Origin: Chrysemys picta bellii
Lineage: Eukaryota
Reading direction: 5' to 3'
Length of the DNA: 64,000 nt
NCBI RefSeq assembly: GCF_011386835.1
Contig: NC_088794.1
Coordinates: 1,798,001 to 1,862,000 of the forward strand
Part shown: positions 38,131 to 61,369 of the stretch, in pieces
Layout: the number at the start of each line of letters is the position of its first letter
Position numbering within the stretch: position 1 is the first letter of the stretch
Made by a program: the position numbers and the translations under genes
Notes under the pieces: model-generated
Seen by the model: the letters and a program-made list of their open reading frames with translations, nothing else
What the model was told of the DNA's origin: nothing
The model's database searches: none

Positions 38131-38972
38131 GGCGGAGCCAGGAGCGGGCGGGGCTGTGGAGAGGGGCCAGGAGGGGGCTGGTCCCATCGCCATGGGGTGC
38201 GGGAGGCGGACGCCTGGGTCCGTCCCGGTGTTCATCTTTCTGTCATCCCCCTCCCCCTCCCGAGCGCTCAGGGTCACCGTTCCCGGACGCCTGGGTCCCC
38301 TTCCCCATCCTTGTCTGCCCCCCCGCCCCACGGACGCCTGGATTCCCTTCCCCATCCTTATTCCCCCCCCCCCACTCCCGGACACCTGGGTCCCCTTCCG
38401 CACCCCCTTTCCCCATCCCTGTTCCCCCTCCCCACCCGGACGCCTGGATCCCCTTCCCCATCCTTGTTCCCCCCCACACACACACGCCCGGACGCCTAGG
38501 TCCCCTTCCCCATCCTTGTTTCCCCCACCCCCGCCCGGACGTCTGGGTCCCCTTCCCCATGCCTGTTCCCGCTCGGACGCCTGGGTCCCCTTCCGCATCC
38601 CTGTTCCCCCTCCCCCGATGCCCAGACGTCTGGGTCCGCTTCCCCATCCTTGTTCTCCCCCCCCCCCACCTCGGTCCCCTCCCACCCACGCCGGTGTCAG
38701 GGGCTGCAGGTTGGTCAGGTCATACATTCCCGGAGCTCACTGGGTGGGGGAGGGGTCCCTGTGCCCCATGGGCCCCCCCACAGCTCAGTACTCGGACGCC
38801 TGGGTTCAGGGCGGGAGGGAAAGGTTCCAGCATCCTCCCCCGAAAGCCTGGGGCTCCTCCCCCACTCTGCCCCTCCCCCCACCTGTCCCTGTCCCCCCTG
38901 CTGGGCTCCCTCGCCGGACGCCTGGGTCCGTCCCCGTGTCAGGCAGAGCCGGGACTCGAATCTCCTGAGATT

Positions 38973-38978
38973 TTTATT
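38973..38978 (-). terminator. Probable SLX1 polyadenylation signal
   Basis: TTTATT on +, about 135 nt past the stop. Confidence 0.6.
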
Positions 38979-39111
38979 TCATGTAATCCCATAATTATCC
39001 CCTGGGCCCCCGGGGTCCAGGAGGGGGCGGGTCCATCGTCCCGGTGGGTGGGGCAAAGGGGACCGGTCCTTTGCCCCGCCCCCTCCAGCGCAGGCTCCTC
39101 CCCTCTGGTCT

Positions 39112-42100
39112 TCACGTCTGCAGCTCCTCTGTCCAGTGTCCCTGTGGGCAGGAGGGGGTCAGAGAGGGAGGAGCTTCCCCGTGAGGGGGCGGGGACAGGA
39201 TGAAGGGGTGCGGCTTAGCTGCCCTAAGGCGGGGCTACAAAGGGAGGCGGGGCAGGGGTTTGTCTGCCTGAGAAGGGGAGTTTAGCAGCAAGACACTGTG
39301 AAAAGGGAGGGGAGAGAATGGGGGCGGGGCTTACCTGCGAGAGGGGGCGTGGTCAGTGAGGGGCAGGCACAGGGAAGGGGTGGGGTTAAAGGCAAGAGGG
39401 GCGGGGACAGAAGAGGGAAGCCCGATGGGCCCACACAATGGGCGGGGCTCTTGTGCCAAAGGGGAACACACGAGGGGTGGAGCTTAGCAGCAAGTGGGCG
39501 GGGCTTACCTGGGAGGAGGCAGGGACTTCTTCCAAGTCACCATAGCAACCCTGGTGGTAGCGAATCAAGTCGCCCCACAGGAGCAGGTTCTTGCAGCTGC
39601 AACAGGAAATGGGGGGGCCTTCACCATGGGAATTGGGTCACCAAGGCAACATGCTGGGGATGTTGCCCTGGGCAACTGCGTCCCATCCCTGCCCTCCCTG
39701 GAGATCCCCCCTCCCCCAGGGGATCCCCCGGGCCCCATACCCTGGGCAGCGCCCCTCCACGGGCAGGATCTGCTCCGGCTCCTCCCGCAGGAACTCCCGC
39801 GCCAGGCAGGCGGGGTGGGCAGCCAGGGGGCAGCCGGGGTGGAAGCAGCGCAGGGGGGGGTTGTCCGCATCCTGCAGGGGGGAGACAGATGTGTGGGGGG
39901 GTACAGCCCCCACACCCCTCCCCTCCCCTCTCAGCCCCCCCTCTAACCACCAGCCCTCACTCCCCACCCCCTGGCTCCCAGCCCCCCTCTCTAACCACCA
40001 GCCCTCACTCCCCCCCCCGGCTCCCAGCCCCCCCCTCTGACCACTAGCCCCCACTCCCCTCCCCTCAGCTCTCAGCCCCCCCCTCTGACCACTAGCCCCC
40101 ACTCCCCTTGGCTCTCAGCCCCCCCCAACCACTAGCCCCCACTCCCCTCCCCTCAGCTCTCAGCCCCCCCCAACCACTAGCCCCCACTCCCCTCCCCTCG
40201 GCTCTCAATCGTCCCCCCCATCACCAGCCCCCATTCCCCTCCCCTCGGCTCTCAGCCCCCTCTTTCCCCCCACTCTAACCACCGGAGACCCCCCCTCCCC
40301 TCCCAGAGCTGGTAGAGAACCCAGGAGTCCTCACTCCCAGGCCCCACTGCTCTTACATTAGGCTCCCCCTCCCCTCCCAGAGAACCCAGGTGTCCGGGCA
40401 CCCCCAATGTACCTGGAGTCTCTTCAGGCAGAGAGCGCAGCGCTGGGCCTGGGCTGCCTGCCCCGGTGGAGGCCCGGGTTCTTCCTGCCCCCGCTCCCCG
40501 CGGCCCCTGGCTCGGCCCAGCGCCCGGACCTGCCCGAAGGCCACGGGCATGTGCAGGGGGGGCTGGAGGGCGGGGGGGAAGTCCCGGCGGTACCCTGGCT
40601 CCAGCCAGCGCACCGTGAGGGGCAGGCGGCACCAGGGCGCCGCGCGAAGCATGTGGGCCAGAACCCGGAGGTGGAAATCAAAGCGGGTCTCCCGGCGGGC
40701 GCGACGGCTCACGTGGGAGAGACGGCGAGAAGTGTGCGGGTGCTGCCAGGCCCACTCAAACTGGAGAGCAGAGAGACAGCGGAGTTAGAGAGCAGGGGCT
40801 GCGGGTCGGGAGTGAGGGGCACCGGCAGAGCTGGGGGGGCAGGGCTGGGGTAGCAGGGGCTGCGGGTCGGGAGTGAGGGGCACCGGCAGAGCTGGGGGGG
40901 CAGGGCTGGGGTAGCAGGGGCTGCGGGTCGGGAGTGAGGGGCACCGGCAGAGCTGGAGGGGGCCCAGGGCTGGGCTAGCAGGGGCTGCGGGTCGGGAGTG
41001 AGGGGCACCGGCAGAGCTGGGGGGGGCCCAGGGCTGGGCTAACAGGGGCTGCGGGTCGGGAGTGAGGGGCACCGGCAGAGCTGGGGGGGGCAGGGCTGGG
41101 CTGGCAGGGGCTGCGGGTCGGGAGTGAGGGGCACCGGCAGAGCTGGGGGACAGGGCTGGGCTAGCAGGGGCTGTGGGTCGGGAGTGAGGGGCACCGGCAG
41201 GGCTGGGAGGGGCAGGGCTGGGCTAGCAGGGGCTGCGGGTCGGGAGTGAGGGGCACCGGCAGAGCTGGGGGGAGCCGGGCTGGGCTAGCAGGGGGCTGTG
41301 GGTTGGGAGTGAGGGACACCGGCGGAGCTGGGGGGGACTGGGCTGGCAGGGGGCTGCAGGTTGGGAGTGGGAGGCACGGGCAGGGCTGGTGCGGGGGGCA
41401 GGGCTGGGCTGGCAGGGGCTGCGGGTCAGGAGTGAGGGGCACCGGCAGAGCTGGGGGGAGCCGGGTTGGGCTGGCAGGGGCTGTGGGTTTGGAGTGAGGG
41501 GCACCGGCAGAGCTGCGGGGGACTGGGCTGGGCTGGTGGGGGGCTGCAGGTTGGGAGTGAGGGGCACCGGCAGGGCTGGGAGGGGCAGGGCTGGGCTGGT
41601 GGGGGGGCTGCGGGTTGGGAGCGAGGGGCATCGGCAGGGCTGGGAGGGGCAGGGCTGGGCTGGTGGGGGGGCTGCAGGTTGGGAGTGAGGGGCACCGGCA
41701 GAGCTGGGCGGGGCAGGGCTGGGCTAGCAGGGGCTGTGGGTCGGGAGTGAGGGGCACCGGCAGGGCTGGGAGGGGCAGGGCTGGGCTGGTGGGGGGCTGC
41801 AGGTTGGGAGTGAGGGGCACCGGCAGAGCTGGGCGGGGCAGGGCTGGGCTAGCAGGGGCTGTGGGTCGGGAGTGAGGGGCACCGGCAGGGCTGGGAGGGG
41901 CAGGGCTGGGCTGGTGGGGGGGCTGCGGGTCGGGAGTGAGGGGCACCGGCAGGGCTGGGAGGGGCAGGGCTGGGCTGGTGGGGGGGCTGCGGGTTGGGAG
42001 CGAAGGGCATCGGCAGGGCTGGGAGGGGCAGGGCTGGGCTGGTGGGGGGGCTGCGGGTCGGGAGCGAGGGGCATCGGCAGGGCTGGGAGGGGCAGGGCTG

Positions 42101-42833
42101 GGCTGGTGGGGGGCTGCGGGTTGGGAGTGAGGGGCACCGGCAGAGCTGGGAGGGGCAGGGCTGGGCTGGTGGGGGGGCTGCGGGTTGGGAGCGAGGGGCA
42201 CCGGCAGATACCCGCAGCGCAGCCACGTCGGAGGGGAAGCCGTGGACAATCAGCACCATCTCCCTGCAAGGAGAGAACCCAGGTCACGCCAGAGCTCCCA
42301 GCATGCCCTGCTCCCTCAGCCTCCACTCCCAGCATGCCCTGCTCCTCCCTCCCCAGGCCAGCCAATTCTCCCAGCATGCCCTGTTCCCTCAGCCTCCACT
42401 CCCAGCATGCCCTGCTCCTCCCTCCCCAGGCCAGCCAATTCTCCCAGCATGCCCTGTTCCCTCAGCTTCCACTCCCAGCATGCCCTGCTCCTCCCGCCCC
42501 AGGCCAGCCAGTTCTCCCAGCATGCCTTGCTCTGCTGCTTAGGTTGTCACGAGTGCATGGCCTGCTGGGAGCCTACCCCTGCAGCATTGCATGCTGGGAT
42601 TATCCCACCACCACCACCATTGCATGCTGGGAGCCGTGTCCCCAATCCTCCTGGGGTTACCAGGGCCCGCGCCCGCTGGTCTTCCAGGCCCCGCCGCGGC
42701 GCTTGCCGGCATTGTGCTGCCCGATGCGGCGCTGGGGGGCCACGGTGAAGCCGACGTAGACACGGCCCCGGTACCGGGGGTTGGTGCAGAACAGCAGGTA
42801 GACGCCGAAGAACCCCCGCGGCTCCGCCCCCAT
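39112..42833 (-). CDS. SLX1A: Structure-specific endonuclease subunit SLX1 (GIY-YIG plus C-terminal zinc-binding domain), 273 aa
   Basis: Exons 42833-42661, 42263-42212, 40760-40413, 39871-39741, 39596-39509, 39141-39112; sum 822 nt. FFGVYLL...[23 protein letters not shown]-terminal GHWTEELQT*. Confidence 0.95.
40790..42205. repeat. About 60-bp minisatellite family array filling an SLX1 intron
   Basis: More than 20 copies of the same unit as 36560-37330. Confidence 0.9.
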
Positions 42834-43469
42834 GGCCGGGCCTGGGGAGAGGGGACGGGAAAGGTCATAGCTGGCCAGCCCCACTTCCCAGCATGCCCCG
42901 GGTCCCCCCCAGCCCCCATCTCCCAGCATGCCCCAGGTCCCCCCATACCACCTACTTCCCAGCATGCCCCCTGTGCCCCCCACTTCCCAGCATGCCCCAG
43001 GTGCCCCCCCAGCCCCCACCTCCCAGCATGCCCCAGGTCCCCCCCCCGTGTCCCCCACTTCCCAGCATGCACCAGGTGCCCCCCAGCCCCCACCTCCCAG
43101 CATGCCCCAGGTCCCCCCCCCCGTGTCCCCCACTTCCCAGCATGCACCAGGTGCCCCCTCATGTAGCAGGTCCCCCCCCCCCGTGCCTCCCACTTCCCAG
43201 CATGCACCAGGTGCCCCCCCATGCACCAGGTCCCACCTGTGCCCCACACTTCCCAGCATGCATCAGGTCCCCCGCCCGTGCCCCCCACTTCCCAGCATGC
43301 ATCAGGTCCCCCGCCCGTGCCCCCCACTTCCCAGCATGCACCAGATGCCCCCCACTTCCCAGCATGCCCCGGGGCCCCTCCAATCCTGCCTCCAGCCTCA
43401 GCTCCTGGAGCCACCGCCCGGGCCCAGCCCGGGAACAGGCACCAGGCGACTCCCGCTGATTGGTGCTTT

Positions 43470-43850
43470 TGGGCAGCGCCGCTTCCCACGATGGATCCTA
43501 TTGGTCGCATTGCGGGAAGCCCGCCCCCAGCCCAACTCTGATTGGAGGAGCTCGGGCGAGTGGCGCATTGGGATGGGACCTGAGGCGGAAGTGGGGCGGT
43601 ACTATAGGCGGAAGTGGCAGTACCAGAGACGGAAGTGAGGCGGCACCAGAGGCGGAAGTGAGGCGGTGACTATAGGCGGAAGTGGCGGCACCAGAGGCGG
43701 AAGTGAGGTGGTACTATAGGCGGAAGTGAGGCGGTGCTATAGGCGGAAGTGGCGGCACCAGAGGCGGAAGTGAGTCGGTGACTATAGGCGGAAGTGGCGG
43801 CACCAGAGGCGGAAGTGAGGCGGTGTCTAGAGGCGGAAGCGGGCGGGATC
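43470..43850. promoter_or_regulatory. SLX1/BOLA2 bidirectional promoter: CCAAT boxes plus a 12-copy ETS (CGGAAGTG) array
   Basis: ATTGG at about 43478, 43500, 43541, 43567; CGGAAG at 43586, 43609, 43630, 43653, 43677, 43698, 43721, 43744, 43765, 43789, 43810, 43834; the genes are head-to-head. Confidence 0.8.
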
Positions 43851-43870
43851 CCAGCGCCTTGCGGAGCGGG

Positions 43871-44952
43871 ATGGAGGCGGCCGAGCCGGCTCTGAGCGCG
43901 GAGACCCTCCGGGGGCGGCTGCTGCGGGGGCTGGAGGCGGAGCACGTGGTGAGTGTCCCCCAGGCCCCTCCCCCGCGCGGCGCGGGCTCCGGCCCCCGGG
44001 GCCTCGCATGGGGGGGGGCGGGGGCCGGTATCGGGGGGTGGCAGGTGGGGGGGCGGGGGCCGGTATCGGGGGGTTCCCGGTGGGGGGGCAGGTGGGGGGG
44101 GCTGGGCTGGTATCGGGGGGTTCCCGGTGGGGGGGCAGGTGGGGGGGGCGGGGGCTGGTATCGGGGGGTTCCCGGTGGGGGGCCCGGTGGGGGGGGCGGG
44201 GGCCGGTATCGGGGGGTGGCAGGTGGGGGGGCGGGGGCCGGTATCGGGGGGTTCCCGGTGGGGGGGCAGGTGGGGGGGGCGGGGGCTGGTATCGGGGGGT
44301 TCCCGGTGGGGGGGCAGGTGGGGGGGCGGGGGCTGGTATCGGGGGGTTCCCGGTGGGGGGGGCGGGGGCCGGTATCGGGGGGTTCCCGGTGGGGGGGCAG
44401 GTGGGGGGGGCTGGGCTGGTATCGGGGGTTCCCGGTGGGGGGGCGGGGCTGGTATCGGGGGGTTCCCGGGGGGGCAGGCGGGGGGGGCGGGGGCTGGTAT
44501 CGGGGGGGGCAGGTGGGGGGGGCGGGGGGCTGGTATCGTGGGGTTCCCGGTGGGGGGGGCGGGGCTGGTATCGGGGGGTTTTGGGGTCACCCCCCCACTC
44601 ATGTCTCCCCCCAGGAAGTGGAGGACACGACCCCGAGCCGCTGCTCCACCAGCTTCAAGGTTCTGGTTGTCTCGGGCCGGTTCCGGGGGAAGCCGCTGCT
44701 CCAGCGACACCGGTGAGCCGGGACCCCCCCCCCCCCCCCGGGACCCCCAAGTCCCGGAGTTCTGGCTCCGGGGGGGGCTGGGGGAGCTCTGGGGCCTGAC
44801 CCCAGGGGGCTCCTGCGGCTCCGGCACTGACCCCCCCTCCCCACAGGCTGGTGAACGAGCTGCTGGCCGAGGAGCTGAAGCACATTCACGCCTTCGAGCA
44901 GCGCACGCTGACCCCCGAGCAGTGGGAGAAGGAGCGGGGGGGCCTGCAGTGA
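43871..44952 (+). CDS. BOLA2: BolA-like protein 2, 93 aa
   Basis: Exons 43871-43948, 44615-44712, 44847-44952; LSAETLRGRL..LEAEHVEVEDTT..RCSTSFKVLVVS.RF.GKPLLQRHRLVN..LAEEL.HIHAFEQRTLTPEQW. Confidence 0.96.
44005..44580. repeat. G-rich minisatellite in BOLA2 intron 1 (ggtatcggggggttcccggtggggggcagg...)
   Basis: Tandem copies visible. Confidence 0.85.
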
Positions 44953-45014
44953 GCCCCCCCGGAGCAGGACGGAGCTGGGACCCCCGCGCCCCACGGAGAT
45001 CAGCCATCGGCTGG

Positions 45015-45020
45015 AATAAA
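45015..45020 (+). terminator. BOLA2 polyadenylation signal
   Basis: AATAAA 63 nt after the stop. Confidence 0.7.
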
Positions 45021-45758
45021 GGATTATGGGCAACGAAATAGTGTCTGACTGGTGCCCCTCACTCCCGACCCGTGGACCCCCCCCAGCCCTGCCCCCCCTC
45101 CCCCAGCTCTGCCGGTGCCCCTCACTCCCGACCCGTGGACCCCCCCCAGCCCTGCCCCCCCTCCCCCAGCTCTGCCGGTGCCCCTCACTCCCGACCCGTG
45201 GACCCCCCCAGCCCTGCCCCCCCTCCCCCAGCTCTGCCGGTGCCCCTCACTCCCGACCCGCAGCCCCTGCCCCCCCAGCCCTGCCTCCCCCAGCTCTGCC
45301 AGTGCCCCTCCCTCCCGACCCGCAGCCCCCCCCAGCTCTGCTAGTGCCCCTCCCTCCCGGTGCTCTTCACTCCCGACCCGCAGCCCCTGCTAGCCTAGCC
45401 CTGCCCCCCCCCCAGCTCTGCCGGTGCCCCTCACTCTCGACCCGCAGCCCCCTGCCCCCCCAGCCCTGCCGGTGCCCCAATGCACAGCTGTACCCCTTAG
45501 TCCCAGCCGGGGGGGGGGGGAAATCTCAGGTTATGAATTGTGAGGGGGCAGTTGAACTATTTGTGGCCTTAACAATCCCTTGGTTCAATGCATCCTGCAA
45601 AGCTGCCATCAGTAGCCTTCAGAGTCAACATATGTCCCTGCTCTGTCCAAGCCTCAGGGACATGATGCGTGGGGGCATCCTCCGTCTCCCCCTCTCCAGC
45701 ACAGGCCGGGTCTCAGCCACCCCCAGCACAAAGCGAGGCACAGGTGCTATTTACAATG

Positions 45759-45764
45759 TTTATT
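45759..45764 (-). terminator. CORO1A polyadenylation signal
   Basis: TTTATT on +, convergent with the BOLA2 3' end. Confidence 0.65.
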
Positions 45765-46180
45765 GGTAGAAACCTTCACAGCAGACAGACACTGGTGCCT
45801 GTCCCCTCCCCTGGGGTGGCCCCCAGTTCCGCCGTATCCCCCCCCGTTACTCCCCCCCCATGACTTAAAAAAACAAGGTAAAAAAGATAAAACCTTCTCT
45901 GTACAGGGCGGGAGGGAACCGGCCTCCCAGAGACGGAAGGGAATGGGGGTTATGGGGGCATTTGAGGGTTAACTGGGCAGGACCTGGCCCCCCACGAAGG
46001 CATCTCTTTGGCCATGGCAGATGCTGGGGGGGGGGGGGGGAGCGCCGCCTGCTGGCAGCCGGGGGGGGGGCAGGAGGAGGCTCCAGCCGGCAAAGCTTGT
46101 GGGGGGCAGGAAGGTTCCAGTGTCGTGGGGCAGCCCTGAGTTAGACAGAAGGTTGCGGGGGGGACGGAGGCTCCCCCCGG

Positions 46181-53378
<7,198 letters not shown>

Positions 53379-54619
53379 TCACTGCCGACCCGCAGCCCCT
53401 GCCAGCCCAGCCCTGCCGGTGCCCCTCACTGCCGACCCGCAGCCCCTGCCAGCCCAGCTCTGCCGCTGCCCCTCACTGCCGACCCGCAGCCCCTGCCAGC
53501 CCAGCTCTGCCGCTGCCCCTCACTGCCGACCCACAGCCCCTGCCAGCCCAGCCCTGTCCCCCCCAGCTCTGCCGCTGCCCCTCACTGCCGACCCGCAGCC
53601 CCCTGCCCCCCCAGCCCTGCTGGTGCCCCTCACTCCCAACCCGCAGCCCCTGCTGTTCTAATCTGTCTCTGTGCCACCCCCCCCCAGGTTACCTCATGAG
53701 ACCTCCTTTCCCAGCTGCCCCCAGAGATCCCCTCTCCAGCATTGGAGGAGGAGGGGGCAGAGGATACAGCCCCCCACCCAGCCCAGTGATCCCCTCTGCT
53801 GAGACCCCTCCCCATGCCCCAGGTAGCTGTCTACACCATCACCCTGCCTGCCCCTCCCAGCCAGCTGCAAGCGTCTTCACAGCTCAGGAGATGATTCCCC
53901 AGGGCTCGGCAGGGAGCCGGGCTGGGAGGAGGAGACCCAGACTGCTCAGAAATGGGCCAGCCAAGAGAACCCAGGAGTCCTGGCTCCCACCCCCCTCCCA
54001 GAGACAGAACCCAGGAGTCCTGGCTCCCAGTCCCCTCCCAGAGCCAAGAGAACCCAGGAGTCCTGACTCCCACCCCGCTCCCAGAGCCAAGAGAACCCAG
54101 GAGTCCTGGCTCCCACCCCGCTCCAGAGACAGAACCCAGGAGTCCTGGCTCCCAGCCCCCTGCTCTCACCGGCTCCAGATGCTCTGGTGTCACAGTGAAT
54201 CCGGAGGCTGCAGATCAGAGCGTTTTAACGCCCTTCTCTGTCACAGCTTGGAGGGGGTGGCGCCTTAAAGGGACAGGACAGTCACAGGCGCAGGGAGGGG
54301 GGGCTGGGGGAGGAGCCTTCGACACCCCCCCCTTCACTTCCCCCATCTGGGACCCAGGGGCCGGCTCACTCTGGGAGGAAGGGAACGGGGGTGGAAATAA
54401 GGTGTAGGGGACACAGCTGTAAGAGACCGAGCTGGGGCACGGGACCCAGGTGTCCGGGCTGTCAGCACAAGGACCCAACCCCCAGCGGCTCTTCACTGAA
54501 CTAGCCAACCCCCACTCTTCCTTTTCTGCCTGTCTGGCCTTCTCCAGGCCCCTCCGTCCAGGCATGGCTGGCCCGTGTCTCCAGACACCTCTCTGTCTGT
54601 CTGTCTGTCCATACCCATA

Positions 54620-55700
54620 GACCGCCTCTACCAGCCTACCTACCTATTCACACATCTATCTATCTATCTATCCCCACACACCCCCTCTATCTATCTATCC
54701 ATCTATCCATCCCCATCCGCCCCATCTATCTTTCTATCCCCTTCTACCCTATCTATCTATCTATCCCCACACACACCCTCTATCCATCCCCATCCACCCC
54801 CTCTATCTATCTACCTACCTATCCCCTTCCACCCTCTCTCTCTCTCTCTATCCCCATCCACCCCATCTATCCCCACACACCCCCTCTATCTAATCTATCT
54901 ATCCCCACACACCCCCTCTATCTATCTACCTACCTATCCCCTTCCACCCTCTCTCTCTATCTGTCCCCATCTATCTATCCCATCCACCCCCTCTATCTAT
55001 CCCCGCACACCCCATCTATCTATCCCCATCCACCCCCTCTATCTATCTATCCCATCCACCCCCCTCTATCTATCCCCATCCACCCCCTCTATCTATCTAT
55101 CTATCTATCCCCATCCACCCCATCTATCTATCTATCCCCACACACCCCATCTATCTATCTCTCTATNNNNNNNNNNNNNNNNNNNNNNNNNNNNNNNNNN
55201 NNNNNNNNNNNNNNNNNNNNNNNNNNNNNNNNNNNNNNNNNNNNNNNNNNNNNNNNNNNNNNNNNNNNNNNNNNNNNNNNNNNNNNNNNNNNNNNNNNNN
55301 NNNNNNNNNNNNNNNNNNNNNNNNNNNNNNNNNNNNNNNNNNNNNNNTATCCATCTATCTATCCCCATCCACCCCCTCTATCTACCTACCTATCCCCTTC
55401 CACCCTCTCTCTCTCTATCTATCCCCATCTATCTATCCCCATCCACCCCCTCTATCTACCTACCTATCCCCTTCCACCCTCTCTCTATCTATCCCCATCC
55501 ACCCCATCTATCCCCACACACCCCCTCTATCTAATCTATCTATCCCACACACCCCCTCTATCTACCTACCTATCCCCTTCCACCCTCTCTCTCTCTATCT
55601 GTCCCCCTCTATCTATCCCATCCACCCCCCTCTATCTATCCCCATCCACCCCCCTCTATCTATCCCCATCCACCCCCTCTATCTCTCTCTCTATCCCCAT
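54620..55700. repeat. (TATC)n/(CCCCAT)n low-complexity microsatellite tract containing a 181-N gap (55167-55347)
   Basis: Directly visible; lies between the CORO1A and MAPK3 5' ends. Confidence 0.9.
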
Positions 55701-56177
55701 CTAGCCCAGCAGCTGTCTGGGGGCCGTCAGACATGCCCTGTGCTCTGGCTTTCCCCCTCCTCCCCTGCCCTGTGGCAGGAGGTGCCCGGGGCTGGGTGTG
55801 CTGGTTCCCACCCCCCACAGGCCGGCTGCCTTGGGGCAGGGATGGCCTCTCCCTCTCTGTCTCGTTCCCAGTGGTTGAGGCCAGGAGGGGGCATTCGCTC
55901 ATCCCCTCGGACCCCCTGAGGGCCTAGCTCCAGGCAGGGAATTTCAGCCTCCTTCCCCGGTCGGGCCCCCAGTCCGGAGCACAGCCAAACGGAGATGGAG
56001 GCTGTCCCACGGCCCGGGGTCTCTCTCCCAGGGGTTAATCACAGACCCGCCCCCATGACTCCCAGCTGGAACTGGCCTGGCATTGCTGGCCAGCCATTGG
56101 GCTGGGCCGGAGCCGGGGCTGGCTCCCTTTGCAAGCAGCTGAGCGTCTCTCTCAGCCCCAGATCCTCTCCGAGTCGT

Positions 56178-56677
56178 NNNNNNNNNNNNNNNNNNNNNNN
56201 NNNNNNNNNNNNNNNNNNNNNNNNNNNNNNNNNNNNNNNNNNNNNNNNNNNNNNNNNNNNNNNNNNNNNNNNNNNNNNNNNNNNNNNNNNNNNNNNNNNN
56301 NNNNNNNNNNNNNNNNNNNNNNNNNNNNNNNNNNNNNNNNNNNNNNNNNNNNNNNNNNNNNNNNNNNNNNNNNNNNNNNNNNNNNNNNNNNNNNNNNNNN
56401 NNNNNNNNNNNNNNNNNNNNNNNNNNNNNNNNNNNNNNNNNNNNNNNNNNNNNNNNNNNNNNNNNNNNNNNNNNNNNNNNNNNNNNNNNNNNNNNNNNNN
56501 NNNNNNNNNNNNNNNNNNNNNNNNNNNNNNNNNNNNNNNNNNNNNNNNNNNNNNNNNNNNNNNNNNNNNNNNNNNNNNNNNNNNNNNNNNNNNNNNNNNN
56601 NNNNNNNNNNNNNNNNNNNNNNNNNNNNNNNNNNNNNNNNNNNNNNNNNNNNNNNNNNNNNNNNNNNNNNNNNNNNN
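56178..56677. other. Assembly gap (500 N), likely containing MAPK3 exon 1
   Basis: Run of N; no ERK N-terminal exon (GEGAYGMV) seen elsewhere. Confidence 0.75.
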
Positions 56678-57600
56678 CCCGGCCCCACCGTACCCGGCCC
56701 GATCTCCGATCCCCCGCCCCGCTCCTCCCGGCCACCGTACCCGGCCCGATCCCCCGCCCCGCTCCTCCCGGCCACCGTACCCGGCCGATCCCGATCCCCC
56801 GCCCCGCTCCTCCCGGCCACCGTACCCGGCCCGATCCCGATCCCCGCCCCGCTCCTCCCGGCCACCGTACCCGGCCCGATCTCCGATCCCCCGCCCGCTC
56901 CTCCCGGCCACCGTACCCGGCCCGATCTCCGATCCCCCGCCCGCTCCTCCCGGCCACCGTACCCGGCCCGATCTCCGATCCCCCCCCGCTCCTCCCGGCC
57001 ACCGTACCCGGCCCGATCTCCGATCCCCCGCCCCCGCTCCTCCCGGCCACCGTACCCGGCCCGATCTCCGATCCCCCCCCGCTCCTCCCGGCCACCGTAC
57101 CCGGCCCGATCTCCGATCCGCCCCGCTCCTCCCGGCCACCGTACCCGGCCCGATCCTCCGATCCCCGCCCCGCTCCTCCCGGCCACCGTACCCGGCCCGA
57201 TCCCCCGCCCCGCTCCTCCCGGCCACCGTACCCGGCCCGATCCCGATCCCCCGCCCCGCTCCTCCCGGCCACCGTACCCGGCCCGATCCCGATCCCCCGC
57301 CCCGCTCCTCCCGGCCACCGTACCCGGCCCGATCCCGATCCCCCGCCCCGCTCCTCCCGGCCACCGTACCCGGCCCGATCCCGATCACCCGCCCCGCTCC
57401 TCCCGGCCACCGTACCCGGCCCGATCTCCGATCCCCCGCCCGCTCCTCCCGGCCACCGTACCCGGCCCGATCTCCGATCCGCCCCGCTCCTCCCGGCCAC
57501 CGTACCCGGCCCGATCTCCGATCCGCCCCGCTCCTCCCGGCCACCGTACCCGGCCCGATCTCCGATCCGCCCCGCTCCTCCCGGCCACCGTACCCGGCCC
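56678..57600. repeat. About 40-bp CpG-rich minisatellite (cccgctcctcccggccaccgtacccggcccgatctccgatcc)
   Basis: More than 20 tandem copies visible. Confidence 0.92.
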
Positions 57601-57799
57601 GCCCTTCCCCGAGCCTCCTGCTCGGAGCGCTGCTGGCCGCCGTACCGGGATCCGATTCTGTCTCTGCTCTGGGCGGGGCCGTGGGGGCGGGGGGCGGGGC
57701 GGGGAGCCGGACTCCTGGGTTCTGGTTTCCATGGCGCCGCGGGGGCTCTGCCGGGCCCCCCCGCCCCCTCCGCGCCCCATGGCTCCCCTCTCTGCCCAG

Positions 57800-61325
<3,526 letters not shown>

Positions 61326-61369
61326 GCGCTGGTCAGTACCTCCTTCCGCCCCAGGGGGCCAGGACATGG

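Noticed and set aside
43586-43841. Regular repeat-spacer pattern resembling a CRISPR array
   Set aside because: Eukaryotic locus, spacers recur and are only about 12-15 nt, and no cas genes; it is a minisatellite
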